Shown in pieces: positions 30,321 through 39,150 of a stretch of DNA of 64,000 bases (position 1 is its first letter; the number at the start of each line of letters is the position of its first letter). A program made the position numbers and the translations under genes. Location: contig CAZHRF010000001.1 of NCBI GenBank assembly GCA_964534625.1, positions 76,216 through 140,215 on the forward strand, in the 5' to 3' direction. The DNA is from an uncultured archaeon (lineage in GTDB: Archaea > Asgardarchaeota > Heimdallarchaeia > Heimdallarchaeales > Heimdallarchaeaceae). Below the pieces are notes generated by a model. It saw only the letters and a list, made by a program, of their open reading frames with translations, was not told the origin of the DNA and made no database searches.

Positions 30321-30602
30321 TCAATTTTCTTCTAGTTTGGGTGGGCTTGGCTGTAGTTTATCCCTATAAACTATCGCAAGATAGACAGACAAACCTACTA
30401 TTGCAATCCATGTTTCAATTGCATATAAACGTCTAATAGTCATTTCCTCTCTAGGCACTGTTGTGGCGGATCTAAAAAGGATTCCACTATTTCCTCCATA
30501 CGTGTTAATAATAAATACTTGATACGCTCCATAAAGTATTTGGAGAATAAAATTTATGATTATTACTATATGCAATATTTTCCATGTGTTTGTTTTTTTC
30601 AC
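30321..30602 (-). CDS. small two-TM hypothetical protein
   Basis: Two hydrophobic helices; co-oriented with its neighbours. Confidence 0.65.
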   Translation of the reverse strand: MKKTNTWKILHIVIIINFILQILYGAYQVFIINTYGGNSGILFRSATTVPREEMTIRRLYAIETWIAIVGLSVYLAIVYRDKLQPSPPKLEEN

Positions 30603-30653
30603 GTATATAAATGATTTACATTTATTTTAAAACTTTGTATTGTTCAAGGTGTA

Positions 30654-31712
30654 TTATTTGTGTTTCTTGATACCTTCATCAATTTTGATTTCAAAAGTCT
30701 TTGCGCCCCTATTCTTTAAAGCTTCTTTGATTTTAGCTTTTTTGGTAGGAGCAAATATGAGGAAACATCCACCATGACCACTACCTAACAATTTACAAGC
30801 TTGTGCCCCATTTTCATTTGCAATTTTAACATACCTTTTCATTCTAGATGTGACATTATCAAAAAAGTTTTCTTGGAAGTGATGATGTCTATTAATCAAT
30901 TCGGCAAATCTATGCTCATCAAATAAAGGTTTGTTTAACAATTTATAACCTGCCCTAACTATATCCCTAATCCCTAGTATCCCTAATAAACGTTTCAACT
31001 CAAGTTTTGGATATCTGTGATACAAACTTTGAGTTTTGTTAAAAGGATAAGATACTATATCAAATGTTCTATCATTTCTTTTTACAAATTCAATTCCCTT
31101 ATATATCTGTTGTTTTCTTTTCTTTATGCTATAAACCGTTTCTTTACTCTCCAGCGTATCACATATTAATAACCCTTTAATATTATTTGAAAGGTTTTTC
31201 CAATAAATGGGCTTCCGACATACAATATATAACAACTGCCCTATGCTAGTTGCAAAATGATCCATCATACCTCCTGCTTCATTTAAACTAACAACTTCTG
31301 CTTCATAGGCGCGTTTTGCGATTTCTTCTTTAGACGAACCTGTTTTAGTTATGTAATCAAACAAAGCTATAAGCGCAGAACATAAAGCGGAGGAAGAAGA
31401 CAATCCTTTACCTATTGGTAAGCTAGAATAAATAGATATTGTTGCTCCAAAATTATCTGGAAATTTGTTAAAATACATGTTAAATGCTGATTTAATATAA
31501 TCCCTTTTGTGTAATTCTTGTCTAGCAAACTTGAATTCGTAATTTTCTTGTTTATCTAATAGGTTAACATGAATAGTGCTGTGATTATTTATTAAAGCTT
31601 TAATGTGAACTCTTCTGTTGATTCCAGCTACTATAGATTCAAGTCCCATATAGTCTACATCTTCACCGAAAAGACAAATCCTTCCCGGTGCACTAAAATG
31701 GATTTTATTCAT
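30654..31712 (-). CDS. GHMP-family (galactokinase-like) sugar kinase
   Basis: SAPGRICLFGE, LPIGKGLSSSSA, GMMD and GSGHGGC. Confidence 0.9.
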   Translation of the reverse strand: MNKIHFSAPGRICLFGEDVDYMGLESIVAGINRRVHIKALINNHSTIHVNLLDKQENYEFKFARQELHKRDYIKSAFNMYFNKFPDNFGATISIYSSLPIGKGLSSSSALCSALIALFDYITKTGSSKEEIAKRAYEAEVVSLNEAGGMMDHFATSIGQLLYIVCRKPIYWKNLSNNIKGLLICDTLESKETVYSIKKRKQQIYKGIEFVKRNDRTFDIVSYPFNKTQSLYHRYPKLELKRLLGILGIRDIVRAGYKLLNKPLFDEHRFAELINRHHHFQENFFDNVTSRMKRYVKIANENGAQACKLLGSGHGGCFLIFAPTKKAKIKEALKNRGAKTFEIKIDEGIKKHK

Positions 31713-31715
31713 TGA

Positions 31716-33044
31716 TTAATCCCATTTTTCTTGATATTTTTTAACTTTTGCAACTAACTTCGGATAATTTATTGTTTTAAAATCTCCATCTTTGAAAATA
31801 ATTTTGCCATTTATCATTGTCAACCAAACATCTTTACCTTCTGCAGAATAGACAAGATGTGAGATTGGATTATACATTGGTAGAGCATTTACATCAGTTA
31901 TATCTATTAGTGCTAAGTCTGCTTTCTTATTGGGTTCTATAGAACCTATCTCTGATGCCCAGTTTATCGATTTGGCTCCTTCTATCGTGGCCATTCTCAG
32001 TGTTTCATTTGCAGGAAGTGCCTTTTCATTTAAGTGTTTTAATTTTTGTAAAAAGGTGGCTAACCGCATTTCTCGAAACATATCTAAATTATTATTACAT
32101 GGGGCACCATCAGTTGCTAAGCTGATTTTTACTCCCATCTTTTTATATTTCACTACATCACAGATGCCTGAAGCAAGTTTAGCATTACTGCTAGGATTGT
32201 GACTTATTCTAGTGTCTGTATTTTTGATTAACTGATATTCTTCATTGTCTAACCAAATACCATGGGCTAATATTGTATCTTTTCCTAGTATATTTAATTC
32301 TTTTAATTTCCTGATATAACTCATACCGTGAACTTGTTTCACTTCTTTGCATTCTTTTTTGTTTTCTGATGCATGTGTATGGATCATTATATCCTCATAC
32401 TCATTTTTTATATTGTTCAATTCAGTCATGAGATTTGCCGAACAAGAGAGAAGAAATCGGGGATTCAATGAGTATTTTATTCTTGCTTCCACTATATTGT
32501 GAAATTTATTGATATGTTTATGTAGATTAGAAACAATCTCTTCCGTATCAGAAATCATATCATCAGGAAATCCAACGTTCAAATCCATTAACATTCTACC
32601 AATTCTGGTCCTAATACCTGTTTGAATGGCTGCTTGAATGCCCTTCTCGCTATCATGCGTTGTAAGCAAATCATTACACGTTGTTGTCCCTGTACGAATC
32701 ATTTCAGAGAAACCAACTAATGAAGATGTATAGACCTCGTCAGGACTAAAGTTACACTCTCCAATTAATACAACTTTTCTTAACCAATCTAATAAGGATA
32801 GGTCATCGCCTTTGCCTCTCAAAAGGGACTGAACGCTATGGGCGTGCGTGTTAACAAGACCTGGGATGAGGATTTTATTTTTTCCCTCAATAATTTTACC
32901 AGCAGAATAATCTTGATGAATCCTTCTTTTTGTACCAACATCAAGGATTTTATCACCTTTAATATAGAGCGCACCATCTTTAATAATCTGGTTCTTTTCA
33001 TTGCAAGTAACAATATAATCAGATTCAATAACTAGTTCGTTCAA
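31716..33044 (-). CDS. amidohydrolase (MTA/SAH or 5'-deoxyadenosine deaminase-like)
   Basis: PGLVNTHAH, HTHASE, LAHGIW, HNPSSNAKLASG and ATDG. Confidence 0.92.
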   Translation of the reverse strand: MNELVIESDYIVTCNEKNQIIKDGALYIKGDKILDVGTKRRIHQDYSAGKIIEGKNKILIPGLVNTHAHSVQSLLRGKGDDLSLLDWLRKVVLIGECNFSPDEVYTSSLVGFSEMIRTGTTTCNDLLTTHDSEKGIQAAIQTGIRTRIGRMLMDLNVGFPDDMISDTEEIVSNLHKHINKFHNIVEARIKYSLNPRFLLSCSANLMTELNNIKNEYEDIMIHTHASENKKECKEVKQVHGMSYIRKLKELNILGKDTILAHGIWLDNEEYQLIKNTDTRISHNPSSNAKLASGICDVVKYKKMGVKISLATDGAPCNNNLDMFREMRLATFLQKLKHLNEKALPANETLRMATIEGAKSINWASEIGSIEPNKKADLALIDITDVNALPMYNPISHLVYSAEGKDVWLTMINGKIIFKDGDFKTINYPKLVAKVKKYQEKWD

Positions 33045-33111
33045 TGCAATACAAAAAAGGGCATTAGATTAATAAATCCTTTTCTGTTTGGTAATATAGA
33101 AGTGAAAATCT

Positions 33112-33771
33112 TTGAACAATCCCGAATTAACTACTCTGACAGATGAGATGAAAAAATGTGTTGCGTGTCATTTAAAAGATAGTCGAATCAATGTCGTTCC
33201 AGGTCTTTACGGAGAAAAAAATGGTTTATGTTTTATTGGAGAAGCACCGGGTTATAATGAAGACAAACAAGGAAAACCATTTGTGGGTAGATCAGGTAAA
33301 TTACTTGACAAGATGATGCATCTAATTGGTTATTCAAGGAAAAATGTGAGTATACTGAATGTAGTTAAATGTAGACCTACCACTGTTGATGGAAATAACA
33401 GAACACCAAAAGTTACAGAGGTAAGATTTTGTGCAGAAAAATGGTTATATAAACAATTAGAATTGTTATCACCAAAATTATTAGTGACATTGGGTTCTAT
33501 TTCTCTGAATCTGTTCTTTCCTTCAAGTTCAGTCACAAAGATGGCTGGTACGTTAAGAAAAATTTCCAATGATTATTTTGTTTTTATTACTTATCATCCT
33601 GCTTATTTACTTAGACGGCAAACTCAGGACTTACTTAATGAATATGAAACCCATTTTAAACAGATAGCAGAATTGATGAAATTCGATCAAATAAAGGATG
33701 ATAGTTTTTCTGAAGATTTTGTTCTAGAAATAAATAAAAAACAAAAAAAATTGACTGATTATTTTAATTAA
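33112..33771 (+). CDS. udg: family 4 uracil-DNA glycosylase with C-terminal PIP-box
   Basis: CVAC, GEAPG..ED, KCRP and YHPA; ends QKKLTDYFN. Confidence 0.95.
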   Translation: MNNPELTTLTDEMKKCVACHLKDSRINVVPGLYGEKNGLCFIGEAPGYNEDKQGKPFVGRSGKLLDKMMHLIGYSRKNVSILNVVKCRPTTVDGNNRTPKVTEVRFCAEKWLYKQLELLSPKLLVTLGSISLNLFFPSSSVTKMAGTLRKISNDYFVFITYHPAYLLRRQTQDLLNEYETHFKQIAELMKFDQIKDDSFSEDFVLEINKKQKKLTDYFN

Positions 33772-33819
33772 GAGCCAGTAAGAATTATATTTATATTCTC
33801 TAACTTTCTTTATGTTTTT

Positions 33820-35202
33820 ATGGAAAAAAAACTATCTTTATTTGGTACTGCAGGGATAAGAGGGTTATTTGGAAAAAAAATAACAGCAGAATTGGTAATT
33901 AAAATCAGTCAAATTATCTCGGATATGCATCCTAATAAAGGAATGGTGGTTGGACATGATGCGCGGACCTCTTCAGAAACCCTTGCACAATACGCTAGTG
34001 CTGCTTTAAGTATTTCTGGTTCAAAAGTATATAACTGTGGATTGTGTTCTTTTCCCGTAATCGCAAATCTAACTTTAAAGAATAATCATAATATTGCGAT
34101 ATATATTACAGCTAGTCATAATCCTCCTGAATATAATGGTATTAAACTTTTAATAAATGGAAGAGAGTTTACAAAATATGAGCAAGATTTGATCGAGAAA
34201 CAATTGGATATCTTCAAAAAAGAAATAAACATAAAACATGGAAAGTGGTTTCAGATTATTTCTCAAAAAAGTATTGATGGAACTTATTTCTATAAAAAAA
34301 GAATTGAACAAATATTTAATATAAAGGGAGATAAAAGGGATATAGTGATCGATTGTGCCAATGGGCCAATGTCTCTCTTATCTCCTCTTCTACTTTCTGA
34401 ATTTGGATATCGAGTTATATCACTTAATGCACATGTTGATGGTTCTTTTCCCGGTAGATTAAGTGAACCAGTTCCGGAAAATCTCTCTTTGTTGATAGAC
34501 ACATGCAAAAAAATCAAAGCTATAGGTGTGGCACAAGATGGAGATGGTGATAGATTCTCATTAATTGATGAAGATGGAACATACATAGAACTATCAAGGA
34601 TAAATGCACTATTAGCAAAGATAATGCTTGAAGAATGTGGTCCAGGTACTATAATACTTAGTATTGATTCGTCAACAACTATTGATAAAATTGTTAATGA
34701 TAGACATGGAAAGATAATTAGGACTAATTTGGGTGAGTTGCATACAAAAATAATAGATTTCATAGAAACAGATAAAAAAATAATTTTTGCAGCAGAACCA
34801 TGGAAACCAATATTTCCTGAATGGGGAATGTGGATTGATGGATTATATGGTTTACTCAAGATTCTTGAATACTTGGAACGGAAAGACATGCGCTTATCTA
34901 AAGCGATGGACGCGATACCACAAAATTACTGTAAAAGATTCTCTTATCGTTTGAACAAGGAGGAAATAGACAGAAAATATGAAAAGTGTAAGTATGCTAT
35001 TAAAACTTATTTAGATGATGAACAAAAGAAAATCTTGAATTTTGATGGATACAGATATGATATGCAAGATGGAACATGGATACTCATTAGAAAATCTGGA
35101 ACTGAACCAAAAATTCGATTATATCTTGAATCACCAAAAAAGGATAGATTCCAGTGGATTAATACCTTAGTTAGTAGATTAGAACATATAATAAACGAAT
35201 GA
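33820..35202 (+). CDS. alpha-D-phosphohexomutase family protein
   Basis: FGTAGIRG, TASHNP, DGDGDR and RKSGTEP; sugar loop AAEPWK. Confidence 0.93.
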   Translation: MEKKLSLFGTAGIRGLFGKKITAELVIKISQIISDMHPNKGMVVGHDARTSSETLAQYASAALSISGSKVYNCGLCSFPVIANLTLKNNHNIAIYITASHNPPEYNGIKLLINGREFTKYEQDLIEKQLDIFKKEINIKHGKWFQIISQKSIDGTYFYKKRIEQIFNIKGDKRDIVIDCANGPMSLLSPLLLSEFGYRVISLNAHVDGSFPGRLSEPVPENLSLLIDTCKKIKAIGVAQDGDGDRFSLIDEDGTYIELSRINALLAKIMLEECGPGTIILSIDSSTTIDKIVNDRHGKIIRTNLGELHTKIIDFIETDKKIIFAAEPWKPIFPEWGMWIDGLYGLLKILEYLERKDMRLSKAMDAIPQNYCKRFSYRLNKEEIDRKYEKCKYAIKTYLDDEQKKILNFDGYRYDMQDGTWILIRKSGTEPKIRLYLESPKKDRFQWINTLVSRLEHIINE

Positions 35203-35214
35203 GTTATTGGTCAA

Positions 35215-35324
35215 AAAAGTTGTAAAGAAGGAATTAAAAGCAATTTATCTAATAAGGCTGGTTATAAAGAAAAGTTGTAAAGAAGGAATTAAAAGCAATT
35301 TATCTAATAAGGCTTGTTATAAAG
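35215..35324. repeat. intergenic tandem direct repeat, 2 x 55 bp (1 mismatch)
   Basis: aaaagttgtaaagaaggaattaaaagcaatttatctaataaggct(g/t)gttataaag at 35215 and 35270. Confidence 0.95.
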
Positions 35325-35407
35325 AGAAATATTTAGAAAGCATCTTGTATTACTTTTTTTGTTAACAATAATGCTGTGCTGGTGATTATTTTTTTTGTTA
35401 CACTTGA

Positions 35408-36058
35408 TCAGAACAAAATTAGTTTTCTACCTTTGCAGTAGGGGCATCCACTAGAATAACAACGATTACAAAAAGCTCTTCCACAATTTGAGCACTTTCC
35501 TACTGCCACTTTTTTACATGTTTTACAGCGTTTCGCAAAAACTCGTGATGCAGACCGATAAATCACAAAAGAAACAAACCCCCCTGCAGCAATACTACCG
35601 ATAACGATTATAGTTGTAATAATTATACTTCCAATAGAATTACCACTTTCTTCTCCTGAAGGAGTATATCCATGCACTTTATATATCTGAAGATCCATAT
35701 AATATAATGTTTTTCCTGCAAGATGACCGTATTCAGGATCATTTTGGCTAAATCCTTCATCGGGTGGAATTTCGAGTCTGTAAATTTGTCCAAGTTTTAG
35801 TCCTATAATACGTTCATATAATCCTATTGGCCTCACAACATCTGGAACCACACGTTGCTTTTTAGGTTGTGTTTTACTAAAAACTTCAATTATTTGTGGG
35901 TCTTCACCAGCTCTAAGTACATATCCATATTCGATGATTTCACCTGATTCTACGCCCTTTTCTGGAGTGTAAGCAGATACACTTAGAAAGACCATGGGTA
36001 CAAAAACAACAAACGCAATTAAACACAAAGGGATAATTTTGCGATTCATTGTAAACAT
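35408..36058 (-). CDS. predicted type-I membrane protein: signal peptide, FKBP-like domain, TM, 8-Cys zinc finger
   Basis: Signal ends ...VSA; GLYERIIGLKLGQ..IPPDEGF..HLAGKTL (FKBP/SlyD core); TM IIITTIIVIG..FVIY; CxxC-x7-CxxC-x4-CxxC-x4-CxxC. Confidence 0.75.
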   Translation of the reverse strand: MFTMNRKIIPLCLIAFVVFVPMVFLSVSAYTPEKGVESGEIIEYGYVLRAGEDPQIIEVFSKTQPKKQRVVPDVVRPIGLYERIIGLKLGQIYRLEIPPDEGFSQNDPEYGHLAGKTLYYMDLQIYKVHGYTPSGEESGNSIGSIIITTIIVIGSIAAGGFVSFVIYRSASRVFAKRCKTCKKVAVGKCSNCGRAFCNRCYSSGCPYCKGRKLILF

Positions 36059-36254
36059 GAAAAAATGTAAAAATAAAAATTTATCGAATGGCGAGGATTG
36101 GATGAGTTATTTTTTAAAAAAAATAATAAGATTAGTTTATAACCTTTTAAAAGAAAATTAATTAAAGTATGTAATTAGCTAGTTGTTAAATACTGAAATA
36201 TGATGGAGCGAAGAGTTTTTTAACAGAAAAAAAAGACAAATCTTAATCTTAAAA

Positions 36255-36339
36255 GCTAGGATAACCAAGCGGTCAACGGTGGTGGTCTCGAAAACCACTG
36301 GCTTTAGCCTCGGGGGTTCAAATCCCCTTCCTAGCTCCA
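36255..36339 (+). tRNA. tRNA-Ser(CGA), CCA encoded
   Basis: GCTAGGA/TCCTAGC-T-CCA, GTGGT-CT CGA AA-ACCAC, variable stem GGCT/AGCC, T arm GGGGG TTCAAAT CCCCT. Confidence 0.93.
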
Positions 36340-36488
36340 TAAAACTTCTAGTAATACAAGTATTCATTTTACTTTATTTTAATGGAAAAGAGATTTTTAT
36401 AGACATTACTGGAAATAATCTTCTTATTTTATTAAAAATAATTTTATTTCAGTAAGTTTTTATTATTGTTCTCTTTTTTGACATATGG

Positions 36489-37931
36489 GTGTTTATTATG
36501 AATGTTTCCACATTTCGTGTTCGTAGTATTTATGACATCCCGATCATAGAACTATTAAGGGATGAATTAGGTTATAAAATTGTACAAGCAACAAAAGAAC
36601 AAGCTGATCTTTTTGGAGTAAAGGAAAACTTAGATCCCTATGATATTGAGATTTCTGATATTTTAGGTGGATATGGGGTTTCTATTGAAGCAGAGGAAGA
36701 ATATGTAGATGCGATAATGGGCGTTTTTGTTGAAAAAATTCCTGATGTTATTGTTATGCAGCATCCAATTCAAATTCATGCGACATATAATGGTCGAATT
36801 GTGCATGTTAATTATGATAAGAAACTTTGTATTGTTGACATTGGGGAAAGTATAACTGCCATTATGTTCGATAAACAGTTTCGTAGAGGTGAAAAGGTCG
36901 TCGTCCAGATAAAACAGTTAAATATTCTACAAGATAAATTACCTATTTGTTCACCTATTATACATTTTCCTGGACAATTTGTTATTTTGGAACGTGATAC
37001 AAACTTTGTTCGTGTTTCAAGAAAATTACCTAAAGAAGAGCGGGATCGATTATTTGAACTTGGGAAAGAATTAAGACCAAGAAATCATGGGCTTATTATG
37101 CGTACTAGTGCTGCAACGGCAGAAGAAACAGAGATACAAACAGATATTGAAAGATTAGTCCAACAATCACAAGAGTTGGATTTTATTATATCTGGTTCTT
37201 CATATGGACCGGGTATTCTTCAACCTGGTGATACTGTAGGTCATGTCTTATTTGTGAAGGAAGCTAAAGAAAAACTAGATAAAATTAGAAATGACATAAC
37301 TCCAACTATTCCTAATTATCATTGGTTTATGTCCTATTCCCCACAGCTAAAATTAACCACAAACTTTGCAGAAAGGATATCTTCTGAGATAGATAATAAT
37401 ATTTTATCGACCCTTTTAAAAGAAGTAATATTGGAAAAAGATTTTGCGGAAAATTCCTTACTATCTATTCAAGAGTATAGGTTAACCTCTCCACCTATTG
37501 AAAGAATTGTTGGACAGATTAGCTGGAAGAATAAAATACTAGCTGCTAAACGAAGCTTTCGTTCCTCTCGAGGAACCCATTATGCGCTTGAAAAAGACAT
37601 CTCTTCAGGAGATACTTCCATATTACTAACAAAGTCAGGTAGCTGGACAATACATACAAAGATAATTAGAGATGGTAATAATATAGGAGAACACATTAAG
37701 TTGGTTACACCTGTCGAATTATATAGTGATGGTTTCATTCGATACATTGATCTAGGAGTAATGTTAATCAAGCAAGAAGATTCAGTTAAAATAGTAGAAA
37801 CAGATGTACTATCTTCTTTAGTAGAGCAAGACATAATATCAAAAACTTTTAAACAAAAAGTTGATGCCATTTTAGCAAAATGTAAGGATCTCCTAGAAGA
37901 AGGCGAGGAATATGTTATAATAGAAAAATAA
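36489..37931 (+). CDS. FAU-1-like RNA-binding protein/ribonuclease (S1/RNase E-G-like + DUF402)
   Basis: RVRSIY.., S1-like segment, VRVSRKL...LIMRTSA, TIPNYH and TPVELY...RYIDL. Confidence 0.8.
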   Translation: MFIMNVSTFRVRSIYDIPIIELLRDELGYKIVQATKEQADLFGVKENLDPYDIEISDILGGYGVSIEAEEEYVDAIMGVFVEKIPDVIVMQHPIQIHATYNGRIVHVNYDKKLCIVDIGESITAIMFDKQFRRGEKVVVQIKQLNILQDKLPICSPIIHFPGQFVILERDTNFVRVSRKLPKEERDRLFELGKELRPRNHGLIMRTSAATAEETEIQTDIERLVQQSQELDFIISGSSYGPGILQPGDTVGHVLFVKEAKEKLDKIRNDITPTIPNYHWFMSYSPQLKLTTNFAERISSEIDNNILSTLLKEVILEKDFAENSLLSIQEYRLTSPPIERIVGQISWKNKILAAKRSFRSSRGTHYALEKDISSGDTSILLTKSGSWTIHTKIIRDGNNIGEHIKLVTPVELYSDGFIRYIDLGVMLIKQEDSVKIVETDVLSSLVEQDIISKTFKQKVDAILAKCKDLLEEGEEYVIIEK

Positions 37932-38851
37932 TGGAGATTAAAGTGGAAAAACATTTTATTGGTTTTAGATGGGACGCATCAGCTGCTCCTTTTCATTTTT
38001 TTTTATATCGAGATTTACAAAAACAAAAAAAAAGCTTTGATTTATATCCGATAAATGATTCTAATCAAATAACTATTGAACTAACCGATAAAAAAAGATG
38101 TATAGGCCATAGAATAAACAAAGAAGAATATTATTTTTGCTCCAACTCAATAGAAGATCCAAAGAGTAAACGATGTTATCATTGCGAAATGGAGGATTTT
38201 CAGCGATGCTTTTTATTTTGCAATGGGACTAAACCGTTTGGAAATTGTTCTAATAAAGCTGCATATGAATTCTGCAGAGACAATACTTGTTATGTTTACC
38301 TAGCTTTAGTTGCCAATCAAGTAAAAGTAGGGGTCTCTTTTAATCCTTTAAATCGATGGTTAAACCAAGGTGCCGATTTAGCTAGTGATGTGTTTCAAGC
38401 AAAAAATGGGTTTGAAGCAAGAGTGATAGAAAAGAACATATCATCAGAGTTCAGCATAACTCAGAGCATAAGAGTAAAGGAAAAAATACGCTTTTTGGAT
38501 CAAGATTATCAAAACAAGAAATCTCTATATGAAAAATTATTGGGAGAAGTAAAGTTGTATATTAGAAATCAAGCCTACAAAGGCAGTAGAATAATTGAAG
38601 ACAAAGTGTATGGCCTCTCCAATTATTATGGTGAGATACCAAATTTAAAGATAAGACCAATTTTCAATAATATTAGAAAGAGTAAAATGATAACAGGCAA
38701 AATCATGGGTATGAAGGGTAGTTTACTAGTAACAAAAAACAACAAAAGTGTTTATGTAACTAATATCAAAGATATCTTTGGTTATGTAATTCGTTTGTCA
38801 AACGATGAAACAACTATGATGGGACAACGTTCATTAAGGGACTTTTTTTAA
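37931..38851 (+). CDS. DUF2797-family Cys-rich protein with C-terminal PIP-box
   Basis: Cys clusters, YVYLA..VKVG...RWLNQGA and GKIMGMKGSLL; ends QRSLRDFF; TAATG-coupled to the upstream gene. Confidence 0.8.
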   Translation: MEIKVEKHFIGFRWDASAAPFHFFLYRDLQKQKKSFDLYPINDSNQITIELTDKKRCIGHRINKEEYYFCSNSIEDPKSKRCYHCEMEDFQRCFLFCNGTKPFGNCSNKAAYEFCRDNTCYVYLALVANQVKVGVSFNPLNRWLNQGADLASDVFQAKNGFEARVIEKNISSEFSITQSIRVKEKIRFLDQDYQNKKSLYEKLLGEVKLYIRNQAYKGSRIIEDKVYGLSNYYGEIPNLKIRPIFNNIRKSKMITGKIMGMKGSLLVTKNNKSVYVTNIKDIFGYVIRLSNDETTMMGQRSLRDFF

Positions 38852-38906
38852 TTCTTTAAGTACAGAATAATTTAAATTATACGATTCCATTTATCATTTG
38901 ACCTTT

Positions 38907-39137
38907 ATGAGTGACTATGAAGAAAAAAATATTGAATGTATTCTTACAATATTAAAGAAACAAAGCCCTGCTACAACTAAAGAGATTTTAGCATTACGAG
39001 ATTTGTTTCCTGAACTTTGTTCTGGTTGTAGTTCTGGTGGTGATGTTGTTCTAGCGGGAAAGCAACTAGTAGAAATGGGTAGAATAGAGAGGAAATGGTC
39101 AAGTTCTGGTTTTGTTTGGTCATTAATAGAAGATTAA
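38907..39137 (+). CDS. small winged-helix-like protein with CxxC
   Basis: ILKKQSPATTKEI..CSGC..LVEMGRIER..FVWSL. Confidence 0.6.
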   Translation: MSDYEEKNIECILTILKKQSPATTKEILALRDLFPELCSGCSSGGDVVLAGKQLVEMGRIERKWSSSGFVWSLIED

Positions 39138-39150
39138 GATGTGATTTATT

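Noticed and set aside
35215-35324. Possible CRISPR array
   Set aside because: Two abutting 55-bp copies with no spacers and no cas genes.
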